DNA of 64,000 bases from Microgenomates group bacterium GW2011_GWF2_46_18 (GCA_001002415.1 LCMB01000001.1:33999-97998); one strand, 5' to 3'; shown: positions 30,901 to 38,960, counted from the stretch's first letter. Numbers and translations: made by a program. The notes: a model not told the origin generated them from the sequence alone.

Positions 30901-31368
30901 GAGTTCGGCACTATAGAGGACACGACCAGTGGTCGGATCAAGACTACCGGCGTAGAAAACACCGGGAGCGCGGACTAATTGATTGACTACACAGCGTTCG
31001 ATACCCGAAACAACGAATGTGCCACGTTCGGTCATTTTGGGAATGTCACCCAAGAAAACGTCTTGTTCGATTTCATCACCGGTCACTTTGTTGACCAGGC
31101 GAACTTTGACACGCAGGGGCATGTCATAACTAAGACCTTTAATGACGGCGGATTTGACCGTTAGTTTGGGTTCTTCGAAATAGTGAGAGAGAAAAGAAAG
31201 TTCCCAGGTTTTGCCGGTAAAGTCGAGGATCGGACTAATTTCACGGAGGTATTTGGCGATATCATGCTTGAGAAAACGGTCGTAAGATTCTTGTTGGACA
31301 AAAGTTAAATCGAGGGAGGGAAGGTTGATACCTTGCTTGCCCCAATACTGTCTTTTAGCCTTTGACAT
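27922..31368 (-). CDS. rpoB: DNA-directed RNA polymerase subunit beta
   Basis: 1148 aa. Rif-cluster-like region (FFGTS-equivalent: FFRRNRLSTILDQTNPLAE), GRHGNKGV, and an acidic C-terminal tail. ATGA overlap with rpoC. Confidence 0.97.
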   Translation of the reverse strand: MSKAKRQYWGKQGINLPSLDLTFVQQESYDRFLKHDIAKYLREISPILDFTGKTWELSFLSHYFEEPKLTVKSAVIKGLSYDMPLRVKVRLVNKVTGDEIEQDVFLGDIPKMTERGTFVVSGIERCVVNQLVRAPGVFYAGSLDPTTGRVLYSAELRPMRGSWLEMTVGKNDVLTAKIDRHRKFYVTTLLRALGIVDDEEIKALFKDVDNNPDHQYIFATLAKDPCHTQAEALLDLYDKIRPGEPAVLENAKNLFFQSFFDARRYDLESVGRYKLNKKLDLDIKNIPDNHVLQKTDLIAMIKYLIGLQNGVGSVDDIDHLGNRRVRRVGELLGATAFRIGLLRLERSIKEKMSLVKPEESITPVQLINARPVIATISEFFRRNRLSTILDQTNPLAEIDNLRRLSVMGTGGVTRERASFSMRDINASQYGRICPVRSPEGPNIGLVTYLSLYSRVNEYGFLETPYREVVAVKKGGKTKMTVTNKMVYLAPDDEQNYYITHSGIALSDKDEIIESWVPARYHGNFIEVPANQVQYIDVIPRQVVGTSASLIPFIAHDEANRALMGTHMQCQAVPLVRPEAPIVGTGMEGAVAESMNWVVRARHAGTVSYVDANKIELTLSKTDYDKAKKSTSAESEQIKLEKGKAIYSLIKFHRTAGSTCYNQKPVVKVGDKIKLGDLLIDGPAADQGELALGRNLTIAYASFMGLGYEDAIIISDRLVKEDVLTSIHINEYESAVMDTKLGAEELTRDIPNVSEHDLRNLGEDGIVVVGAEVTGNDILVGKIAPKGETELTAEERLLRAIFGEKAREVRDTSLRMPNGESGTVIDIAILNREEGDELDPGVLQTVKIKVAQIRKVTVGDKLAGRHGNKGVISRIIPTSDMPYLADGTPVDIIISPLSVLARMNLGQLLEAHLGWAASKLGYQVALPVFEPIAEAKITAELEKAHLPISGKTRLYDGRTGLPFDKDTTVGTGYILKLIHMVEDKTHARSTGPYSLVTQQPLGGKAQMGGQRLGEMEVWALESHRAAHVLQEMLTIKSDDLVGRAKAFEAIVKGVEIPESTVPESFKVLLKELNSLGLDVIPVEPKEVLVPEEDIDEIEKDKQVLVDDEATPPSVAEAAPADSSTEPTPTTNLDDIEGPTDEELKKETEL

Positions 31369-31461
31369 GGAGTTCCCCTCTATTTATATGGCCGCCAAAT
31401 ATAAAAATGGACGTACGGACAAGCCCTGTACGCCCACGTTAGATTCCCACGGGCGAGTGGT

Positions 31462-31491
31462 ATTTAACCACACTCGATGAGCATTCGTCAA
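31462..31491 (-). promoter_or_regulatory. candidate sigma70-type promoter upstream of rpoB
   Basis: Minus strand reads TTGACG-18 nt-(TGg)TTAAAT, immediately after the mltG stop. This leaves a leader of roughly 90 nt with short hairpins and a GAGGGG SD. Confidence 0.3.
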
Positions 31492-31494
31492 TAG

Positions 31495-32415
31495 TCAATA
31501 TAAGTAGGTTTGAATGTTTTGGGTGTGTTCGGCGTTGGTTTTGGCATAGCGGATCACCCCTTCCCGGTCGTGAAGATAGAACCAGTAGGGAGAATCTTCG
31601 GGGGAAGCGGCGGCTTTAAGACTGGCGAGACCAGGGTTACAAATGGGGGAAGGGGGAAGACCTGGGTGAAGATAGGTATTGTAGCGAGAGGGAAGCTGGC
31701 GATCACTAAGCGAGGTTTGGGGCCACCAATCACGGGCTGAACCTTTGATGTATTGGACTGTAGCATCTAATTCGAGAGGCCAATCGTTGGCAAGCCGCTT
31801 GTGGAGAATGCCGGAGACCAGGGGTTTTTCGGCGTCTCCCTTGGTCTCGCGTTCAATCAGAGAGGCCAGAATGAGAGTAGAAGAATCGACTGAGCCAGCT
31901 TTCTGGAGGAAATTGTCGTGCATTAATTTGACCAATTCGGGGGCGGTTATCCCCTCTTTGAGGAAATAGGTGTCCGGAAAAAGCTGACCTTCCAATCCCT
32001 TGGCGGCCGCCAAAAAATCTGGAAGAGGAAGTCCCGCGGCAAGTGCAATTTGTTCGGCGCGATATCCTTCGGGAATGGTTAACTTGGTAGACTTGGCAAG
32101 ACCCCGGGTGAGAGAGTGGGCAATGTCACTAACTGATTGGTGGGGAGAAAGTTGATAATAACCAGCTTGAAGGGTAAGACTTTTTATACGAACGAAGAGC
32201 CGAAAATAAAGCGGGGAGCGAATGAGACGGTTACTATGCAAGTTTTTGGCAATAGATTGGGCGCTTTGGCCGGTCTGGACAATGAATTCCTGAGAGGAGG
32301 CCTGGCGAGAGACCGGCAGGGTGAGAAAATATAGATAGAGACCAGCGCCGACAAGAGCGAGAACACTAAACCTCGCTAAAAAGGGCACGGCGGTATTTTT
32401 TCGTGTTTTCGTCAT
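31495..32415 (-). CDS. mltG: endolytic transglycosylase MltG (YceG-like)
   Basis: 306 aa. N-terminal TM, LTIPEGYRAEQIA and YNTYLHPGLPPSPICNPG motifs. Confidence 0.85.
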   Translation of the reverse strand: MTKTRKNTAVPFLARFSVLALVGAGLYLYFLTLPVSRQASSQEFIVQTGQSAQSIAKNLHSNRLIRSPLYFRLFVRIKSLTLQAGYYQLSPHQSVSDIAHSLTRGLAKSTKLTIPEGYRAEQIALAAGLPLPDFLAAAKGLEGQLFPDTYFLKEGITAPELVKLMHDNFLQKAGSVDSSTLILASLIERETKGDAEKPLVSGILHKRLANDWPLELDATVQYIKGSARDWWPQTSLSDRQLPSRYNTYLHPGLPPSPICNPGLASLKAAASPEDSPYWFYLHDREGVIRYAKTNAEHTQNIQTYLY

Positions 32416-32563
32416 AAATAAAGATCCGTCCGCACTTACAGGTTACTTTGGTATATTTTCCTTGCTGGGTCTTTTTCCCCTTGGAAAGAGGCATACCACA
32501 GCCAACACACTGACCCAGGGAAAGTAACCAAGCCTGAACGGGAGCAATCAAAGTTTTGAACAT
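32366..32563 (-). CDS. small zinc-ribbon protein
   Basis: 65 aa. CVGC-x17-CKC, with an AAGGAG SD. Overlaps the annotated mltG start by 50 nt. Confidence 0.4.
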   Translation of the reverse strand: MFKTLIAPVQAWLLSLGQCVGCGMPLSKGKKTQQGKYTKVTCKCGRIFIYDENTKKYRRALFSEV

Positions 32564-32603
32564 AAATCTCCTTTACATTAAGTAATATAGCTAACTGACT
32601 AGA

Positions 32604-32990
32604 CTAGGTTAGTTTAACAGATTCAAGGTAATCTTCCAAAATGAGGGCGGCGGCATAAGAGTGGTCATGCCGACGTTTGTGGGCGGAGACACCTGGATGG
32701 CGGAGCTTCTGCTGAGCTTCGTAGGAACTAAGGGTTTCGTCATGGAGGGTGACTGGTAAGGCAAGATGTTGTTGAAGGAGAAGGGCAAATTGGCGGACAG
32801 CGGGTTCGAGCGGTCCGGTGGGTAAGCCAACAATAACCTGAGTCACTTGGTGTTGAGAGCAGAGGGAGTGAAGGCGAGAGAGGAGCTTTGAATCATTGGG
32901 GAGAAAGGGAAGAGGGGTGGCAAGGGTGTGCTCGGCCAAAGCGAGACCGAGATGAGCCAAGCCGTAATCAATACCAAGATATTGGGTCAT
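32604..32990 (-). CDS. ruvX: putative pre-16S rRNA nuclease / Holliday-junction-resolvase-like RuvX (YqgF)
   Basis: The track ORF extends to 33044. I prefer the Met at 32990 (MTQYLGIDYGLAHLGLALAE), which gives an ATGA overlap with the sortase stop. YqgF-type LGIDYG motif. Confidence 0.85.
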   Translation of the reverse strand: MTQYLGIDYGLAHLGLALAEHTLATPLPFLPNDSKLLSRLHSLCSQHQVTQVIVGLPTGPLEPAVRQFALLLQQHLALPVTLHDETLSSYEAQQKLRHPGVSAHKRRHDHSYAAALILEDYLESVKLT

Positions 32991-33691
32991 AAGAGGACAG
33001 CTTTCACAATAAGCCGGCGGAGATAGGTGCCGGGAGGAGTACAAGTAATGAGAGTTAGAACGCGATTATTATAGCTTTGGGCGAGCGGGGAGAGGTCATC
33101 GGGAGTAGTTTCGTAGATATCTTTGATTTGGTAAGTGTAGGTAGCTGGACCAAAGACGATTTCGATTTCGTCGCCAGGCTCAAGAAGGTGGAGGGTAGAA
33201 AAAATCGTGAGATAGTTTTTTGGATTAAAAAACTGAGGCAAGACGGAATGACCAAAAATGACACCGTTACCTAAATCCCCCGGGAAAGCGGTGCCGGGAT
33301 AGTGAATAAGCGATTCTTTCAGATCGGTGTGATCGTTTCTGACAACGGCAGAATAAATGTTGAGCCGGGGAATAGAGAGGGTGTAACTGATTTGGGAAGA
33401 ATTATTGGGGTGGGTAGCGGGAGAAAACCAGGCATCGGAGTTGGTGTAGTCTAGAGCTGTATTGACCATTTCGGGTAAGACGGTCGTGGTGTCATTGGAA
33501 TTGGCAGCAGCAGCGGTGGAAAACCGAGGAGCAAAGGTTAGCTGATAAACAAGCATGGGGTAAGCCACTGAGGTAAAAGCGGTCACTCCGAGAGTTAAAA
33601 GGAGGCTGGAAAAAAGGAGACGAAAATTAAGGGCGCGAGGGCGACGACGCAAGGTATAGCCAGGGGGAGCTTTGATATAACGGTATGACAT
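32987..33691 (-). CDS. sortase family transpeptidase
   Basis: 234 aa. N-terminal TM, GNGVIFGHS His motif, catalytic LTLITCTP, and a downstream R (YLRRLIV). Confidence 0.85.
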   Translation of the reverse strand: MSYRYIKAPPGYTLRRRPRALNFRLLFSSLLLTLGVTAFTSVAYPMLVYQLTFAPRFSTAAAANSNDTTTVLPEMVNTALDYTNSDAWFSPATHPNNSSQISYTLSIPRLNIYSAVVRNDHTDLKESLIHYPGTAFPGDLGNGVIFGHSVLPQFFNPKNYLTIFSTLHLLEPGDEIEIVFGPATYTYQIKDIYETTPDDLSPLAQSYNNRVLTLITCTPPGTYLRRLIVKAVLL

Positions 33692-33692
33692 A

Positions 33693-35906
33693 CTAGTTGG
33701 CGGCGGGAGTGATTAGGAGCTCGATGTGTTTGGGATTGCGCGGCAGGAGTTTGAGACGCGGAGGGAGAAAATGGGGAGTGACAGTAATTTGGGCATCGGC
33801 ATAACCAGGCAAGGTTTGGAGGATGGAGATTGATTGGGCGAGGGATTTACCACGAAGACTATTAATCAGACTGGCTTGATCAAGGGTGGGAAGAAGAAGA
33901 ACGGTGATTTTGGCGGTAGCACTGACCTCACCATCTTTGGTTTCGGTAACGTCAGTTAAGGAAATACTGGGAGAAGAGTCAAGACGAGAATAACCAGGAG
34001 GGATGGCTTCGGAGAGACGAGAACTGATTAGATTTTCAACATCACTATTAGCGTAACGCAAAATTGATAACTCGAGTTCTAAGGTCCCGGTTAAAGAGTT
34101 AGCGACTTCCCCTATTTTGGCGGAAAAATCACTCTGTACTGTTTTGGGTGAACTAGTTAAAACGTAATAACTAAAACCCGGTTCGCGACGGGATTCGAGA
34201 CTAGCACGAGCATCTTGGATAATAGTGTCAGTCAGAGTTTTGGTGAGTGAAGATGAATCTTCTTTGCCCACAACTTGAACGTCTTGACTGGTCCCGCCAG
34301 CAAGAGCTTGTTCGTTTTTGGCGATGTAGGTATCCTTGGAAAAGCTAGCCACAACAAATTCACTACCACTACCAAGGTTACCGGCAGTACCAAAAGTGGC
34401 GGCAGTAATTGCTGCGGAGGCTTTCCCAGGAATATCGACATAATCAGTCCCGGCCGATTTACTTGCAATGGTAGTATCTTGATCAAGAGTAAATTTGAGC
34501 GAGTTGCTAGTTAGCACGGTCCCTTTGGGGAAAGTCTTAACGAGAGTGGTGCGATTGTAAATGGTAACAGTGCCACGGGCGGGATCACCGATGGTAGAGT
34601 TTCCGGTCGTAGGAATGGTTTGAGTGGACGTTAAAGTTTCGGTACTGACGGTGGCGGGAATAAGAGAAGAAGCAGAATCAGGCGAAGTTATGGTAGAGGA
34701 GAGGGTGAGCGGGAGTGATTCTTCTAGGGGAGTAGGAGTCAAAAAGAGAGTAATTTTGGCTTGAGGTAAAAGATAGAAAAGGAATGTGAATAAACCCACA
34801 AGGACAAGGAGAATGAGACCACCAAGAATAAGGGGTAGGCGGGAAAAATGAACGCGAGGGAGAGAAAATTGGGGTAGTGAAAGGTGGGGTAATTGGAGAG
34901 TGGGAAGTTTCCGGGAAGGAGGTGGGGGCGGAGAAATGATGGGTTCAGAAGAGACGGGATCGGTATCTCCGAGAGAGAAACCAACATCGCTGGCGGTTAG
35001 AAGGGGGGTTGGAGCCACACCTTCGCTAGAGTCTTCGGCGGGCTCAGCCACGCCTTCTCCAGAAGCTTCGACGGGTGAAGAGGGAGAATCGATGGGTTCG
35101 GGGGAAACAGGAGATTCTTCGGAATTAAGGTCGGCAACGGTAGAGCCGATTGCTTGGGCAACGGCAGCTCCGCCGGCTAGAATTAAGCTACGAATGGCGG
35201 TATCGCGAGGAAGACTTTCTATTTTGGGAATGTGGAGAAAATTAAATTTTTTCTGCCAATCAAAAGTTAAAAGGGATTGCACGACATCGCTGGGGTTTTG
35301 CAGAGAGCTTTGGACAATAATACGAGAAGGAAGATGGTCTAGCTGGGGGAAATGGGAGATGCCACTGGCAACGTCCTCGACAATATCTTCGCTGCGAGAG
35401 ATTAGTTCGGTGGCTTCGATCCGGCCCAATTGAACAAGGAGAAGGGAAATGTGGCGCAAACCAACGTTGACTAAGATACAAGTGGTGGGAGTCCCCTCTT
35501 CTTTTTTGAGATAATGGAGAGTGCTGTCGGTTAAAACCACCAAACCAATTGCCTTGAGGGCGAGCTCTTTGCAGATGGCTTTGAGTAGATTGCGTTTACT
35601 ACCGAGGATACCTTGGGCATCTACCCAACTGGGTTCTACTCCAACCACCACTTCGTTGGGTTCGACAGAAAGGCCATCCAAAGCTGAACTGACGGTGGCA
35701 TCGGCGGCTGAAATAAGTTCGGTCGTGGTACCGGTTTCGCCGTTCCATTCAACGGGGGTACCGAGAGCGGTAATTTCGGGAGTGCCTTGAGTGATCTGCC
35801 AGACGGCGGATTGGACAAGTTCATCGGTAACAACCAGAGCGAGAAAAGTCTGAGGAATCTCCTCACCTTTGCCCTTTAATTTACCCAGAAGATCAGGGAT
35901 TGCCAT
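33693..35906 (-). CDS. bitopic protein with a degenerate actin/FtsA-like N-terminal domain, a Pro-rich linker, one TM and a beta-rich extracellular region
   Basis: 737 aa. The N-terminal ~260 aa show the strand pattern of ASKHA/actin-like folds (FLALVVTD..., TCILVNVGLRHISLLLV) without canonical DxG/GGG phosphate motifs. This is followed by a P/S/E-rich stretch, a TM (LILGGLILLVLVGLFTFLFYLL), and then GTVTIYNRT...GTVLTS...FGTAGNLG, which is reminiscent of baseplate-J-like modules. Confidence 0.5.
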   Translation of the reverse strand: MAIPDLLGKLKGKGEEIPQTFLALVVTDELVQSAVWQITQGTPEITALGTPVEWNGETGTTTELISAADATVSSALDGLSVEPNEVVVGVEPSWVDAQGILGSKRNLLKAICKELALKAIGLVVLTDSTLHYLKKEEGTPTTCILVNVGLRHISLLLVQLGRIEATELISRSEDIVEDVASGISHFPQLDHLPSRIIVQSSLQNPSDVVQSLLTFDWQKKFNFLHIPKIESLPRDTAIRSLILAGGAAVAQAIGSTVADLNSEESPVSPEPIDSPSSPVEASGEGVAEPAEDSSEGVAPTPLLTASDVGFSLGDTDPVSSEPIISPPPPPSRKLPTLQLPHLSLPQFSLPRVHFSRLPLILGGLILLVLVGLFTFLFYLLPQAKITLFLTPTPLEESLPLTLSSTITSPDSASSLIPATVSTETLTSTQTIPTTGNSTIGDPARGTVTIYNRTTLVKTFPKGTVLTSNSLKFTLDQDTTIASKSAGTDYVDIPGKASAAITAATFGTAGNLGSGSEFVVASFSKDTYIAKNEQALAGGTSQDVQVVGKEDSSSLTKTLTDTIIQDARASLESRREPGFSYYVLTSSPKTVQSDFSAKIGEVANSLTGTLELELSILRYANSDVENLISSRLSEAIPPGYSRLDSSPSISLTDVTETKDGEVSATAKITVLLLPTLDQASLINSLRGKSLAQSISILQTLPGYADAQITVTPHFLPPRLKLLPRNPKHIELLITPAAN

Positions 35907-35915
35907 ACCTTTAGC

Positions 35916-37694
35916 TTACACTATTTTGGCGTAGATGCGACGTTTGCCGGAACCCAAGGCTTCATCCTTGAGAATGGTGATGGGACCGATTGCCCCAGTA
36001 TGATCGACATGAGGACCACCACAAAGTTCTTTGGAGTAATCTCCGATAGTATAAACCGTAACTTGGGCGGGATATTTTTCGGCAAAAAAAGCTCGGGCGC
36101 CGGACTTGATGGCCTCCTCTTTGTTTTCGGTAGTTTTTATGACAGGAAGGTTGGCTTTGATTTTTGCGTTTATGATAGTTTCAATTTGCTTTAATTCAAC
36201 CTGGGTTGGCTTGCCGTTATAGGTGTAATCAAAACGTAATCGCTCGACAGTAATGTTACTTCCGGCCTGAGTAACTTCCTTTCCCAACACTTCGATTAAA
36301 GCTTGGTGAAGAAGATGGGTGGCAGTGTGATATTTGGTAGTGGTCTCACTATGATCGGCCAAGCCTCCCTTGAACATCCCAGCGCTCGCGGTACGACTTC
36401 CCTCTTTGTGTTTGGCAAAAATCTGGTCAAACTCGCTTTGGTTGAGAACAATATTTTTTTCGGCTAACAAATCGCGGGTGATTTCAAAGGGGAAACCTAA
36501 GCTTTGATAGAGATTAAAGGCAAATTGAGCGTCAATTAGCTTGGGATCGGTACGCTCGATATCTTTGAGGCCTTTATCAAGGGCTTTGCCAAATTTGTCG
36601 AGCTCAGTGTTGATGATTTCCTTGACGCGGGGGAGAACAGTTGAGTCAATGAAGCCGGCTTCGGCATATTGGTTGACAATAGTTGGTGTACATTCAGTAA
36701 AGATTTTCTTGGCGTCTAAACCAAGGCGGCGAGCGCGAACAGCACTGCGACGAAGAAGCCGGCGGAGAACGTATCCCTGGAGTTTGTTACTGGGTTCCAG
36801 TCCCTGAGCAATCATAAAGACCGAAGCGCGGAGGTGATCAGCGATCACACGCATGGGAGACATAAAATCTCCTTGATATGATTTCCCAGATGAATCTTCA
36901 ATCATTTTAATAATTGGGGTGAACATATCGGTGGCGAAAACGTCGGGATTATTTTGAGAAGCTGCCGTAATACGTTCAAGACCACCACCAAAATCTACGT
37001 TTTGGGCTGGGAGAGGTTTTAGGCCATCGGCAACTTTTTCGTAGGCCATAAAAACCGAGTTGCCAATTTCTAGAAATTTTCCACAGTCACAGTTGGGGTG
37101 ACATACATCACCAAATTTTGGGTCGTGCTTAATATTGGTGAATTCATAAAAAATCTCACTAGTTGGACCACCAATCTCCCCTACTGGCATTTGATCGGGA
37201 GTACCGGCGCGGCTCCACCAATTTTTCTTTCCTGGATAATAAAAAATATGATTATCTAAAACTCCAAGGCTTCGCCAAATATCATATGACTCCAAGTCTT
37301 TGGCAATAAATTCATTGCCTTCGAAAAGGGTCACATATAATTTATCGGTAGGTAATTGTATTTCTTTGGTGAAAAACTCCCAGATCCATGACAGTTGCTC
37401 ATATTTAAAATAATCGCCGAGACTCCAGTTACCCAACATTTCGAACATACAGGTGTGACGATTGTTCCCGACTTCTTCAATGTCGTCGGTGCGAAAGCTG
37501 GGCTGAGAATTGACAAGCCTTTTCCCCATCGGATGAGGTTCGCCCTTGAGATAGGGAACTAGTTGTTGCATGCCGGAACTGGTAAAAAGAGTGGTCGGGT
37601 CACCCGCGGGTATTAGGGGGGCGGCCGGAACAAGGGCGTGAGTGTGCGCGGCGAAAAAATCAAGATACTTCTTGCGGATATCACTACTTTGCAT
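35916..37694 (-). CDS. alaS: alanine--tRNA ligase, short form lacking the C-Ala domain
   Basis: 592 aa. N-terminal class II core (FTSSGMQQ, FEMLGNWS), editing-domain HxxxH (HTATHLLH) and CGGPHV. It ends right after the editing core. Confidence 0.9.
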   Translation of the reverse strand: MQSSDIRKKYLDFFAAHTHALVPAAPLIPAGDPTTLFTSSGMQQLVPYLKGEPHPMGKRLVNSQPSFRTDDIEEVGNNRHTCMFEMLGNWSLGDYFKYEQLSWIWEFFTKEIQLPTDKLYVTLFEGNEFIAKDLESYDIWRSLGVLDNHIFYYPGKKNWWSRAGTPDQMPVGEIGGPTSEIFYEFTNIKHDPKFGDVCHPNCDCGKFLEIGNSVFMAYEKVADGLKPLPAQNVDFGGGLERITAASQNNPDVFATDMFTPIIKMIEDSSGKSYQGDFMSPMRVIADHLRASVFMIAQGLEPSNKLQGYVLRRLLRRSAVRARRLGLDAKKIFTECTPTIVNQYAEAGFIDSTVLPRVKEIINTELDKFGKALDKGLKDIERTDPKLIDAQFAFNLYQSLGFPFEITRDLLAEKNIVLNQSEFDQIFAKHKEGSRTASAGMFKGGLADHSETTTKYHTATHLLHQALIEVLGKEVTQAGSNITVERLRFDYTYNGKPTQVELKQIETIINAKIKANLPVIKTTENKEEAIKSGARAFFAEKYPAQVTVYTIGDYSKELCGGPHVDHTGAIGPITILKDEALGSGKRRIYAKIV

Positions 37695-37709
37695 GAGACG
37701 AATTATAAA

Positions 37710-38045
37710 CTATTTCTTGAGGGAGAGACCATGGCGTTGAAAGAAGGTTTTTTTGGAAGTGGTTTCTACTGAGGTGGCATCAGCCACGCGTTCGGCAGCA
37801 GAGTTAACGGTTGAACGAGCCTGGTCAATGGTAGATTGCAGATCGGCGATTTTCTCGGCGAGGGCGGGATTGTCTTTGATTGACTCAACAGCATCCTTGG
37901 CTTGATCTTTGAGGTTGGCAAGCATTTTCTTGCCTTGTTCGGTATTTTCTAGGTAGTAGGAGCCAGCAGCTCCAAGAACTAGCCCCAGCGCTAGGCCGGA
38001 GAGAAAACCGGAATGATCAGAGGGAGGAGAGTTGTAGTCAGACAT
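37710..38045 (-). CDS. YtxH-like protein
   Basis: 111 aa. Gly-zipper TM (GLALGLVLGAAGSYY) followed by a helical region, as in the YtxH family. Confidence 0.55.
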   Translation of the reverse strand: MSDYNSPPSDHSGFLSGLALGLVLGAAGSYYLENTEQGKKMLANLKDQAKDAVESIKDNPALAEKIADLQSTIDQARSTVNSAAERVADATSVETTSKKTFFQRHGLSLKK

Positions 38046-38048
38046 AGA

Positions 38049-38315
38049 TTATTTTTTGACTTTGGGAGCTATTAATTTGGTGACCATACCCACAAGCTGT
38101 AAGCCTGATTCGAGACTGGTAATAGCATGGGAGAGAGCGCTTCCCCCGCGAGTTAAACTGCGAGTTAAGAAACTAACATCATCGAGAATGAGATCGGTTT
38201 TTTTCAGGGTTTCTTTCGCGTCCTTGAGGATTCCAATGAGCTGGATCCCGATTACGATCAAGATCACACTAATAGTGAGAATAACTACCAAAAGAATAAT
38301 TTGGGGCAGGTCCAT
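38049..38315 (-). CDS. DUF948-like membrane-anchored protein
   Basis: 88 aa. An N-terminal TM then a helical region. Adjacency with the YtxH-like gene mirrors the Firmicute ytxG/ytxH pairing. Confidence 0.45.
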   Translation of the reverse strand: MDLPQIILLVVILTISVILIVIGIQLIGILKDAKETLKKTDLILDDVSFLTRSLTRGGSALSHAITSLESGLQLVGMVTKLIAPKVKK

Positions 38316-38332
38316 AGTTAGATGGTATCACG

Positions 38333-38959
38333 TTACTTGGAAACCGTGAAGGTGCGCTCGAGGAGACGAGTTTTGCCTTCGCGACTTTGGGCTTGGATCA
38401 ATACTCGGTGGGTACCGGCGGGAAAAAGTAAGTCAAGACTAAACTCGCCGTTTTGGCCAACAATAACTTTTTGATCGTTAATAATGACGGTGGCATCGGG
38501 AGCAGTCAGACCTTTAACGGTAATTTTCTCACCGTAAGTCTCGCCATCCTGAGGCTCTAGGACGTTGAGTTTGGGGAGACTCCACCAAGAAAACAGTTGG
38601 AAACCCAAAAAGGTCAGAAAAACCACAATACAAGTGATGAGTAAAATAAGATTGATGGGAAGAGGGGGATGGCGATCCAGAACTGGTTTGACTAAACCAC
38701 TAGGAATAATTTCGCCAGTGTGGCTTTCGGAAAAATCACGACGGAACATGGCGAGAATAGTTTCAGGATTGAGATGAAGAACTTTGGCATAACTACTGAG
38801 GAAACCCTTGGTAAAGGTACCGGAGGGAAGTAACGAAAAATCGGAGTTTTCGAGAGCCTGAAGGTATGATTCTTTGACCTTAATTTTTTGGGCAATGTCA
38901 GCAAGAGAGAGCTCGAGGAGGAGACGTTTGTCGCGAAGTAATTGACCGGCGGTTTTCAT
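38333..38959 (-). CDS. RodZ-like HTH membrane protein
   Basis: 208 aa. N-terminal XRE-type HTH (LSLADIAQKIKVKESYLQALE...GFLSSYAKVL), one TM, and a beta-rich C-terminal domain. Confidence 0.6.
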   Translation of the reverse strand: MKTAGQLLRDKRLLLELSLADIAQKIKVKESYLQALENSDFSLLPSGTFTKGFLSSYAKVLHLNPETILAMFRRDFSESHTGEIIPSGLVKPVLDRHPPLPINLILLITCIVVFLTFLGFQLFSWWSLPKLNVLEPQDGETYGEKITVKGLTAPDATVIINDQKVIVGQNGEFSLDLLFPAGTHRVLIQAQSREGKTRLLERTFTVSK

Positions 38960-38960
38960 A

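Noticed and set aside
34900-35433. 177-aa plus-strand ORF rich in G/S/E/R
   Set aside because: It mirrors the P/S/E-rich linker of the 737-aa minus-strand gene. The low-complexity coding on the other strand explains the open frame.
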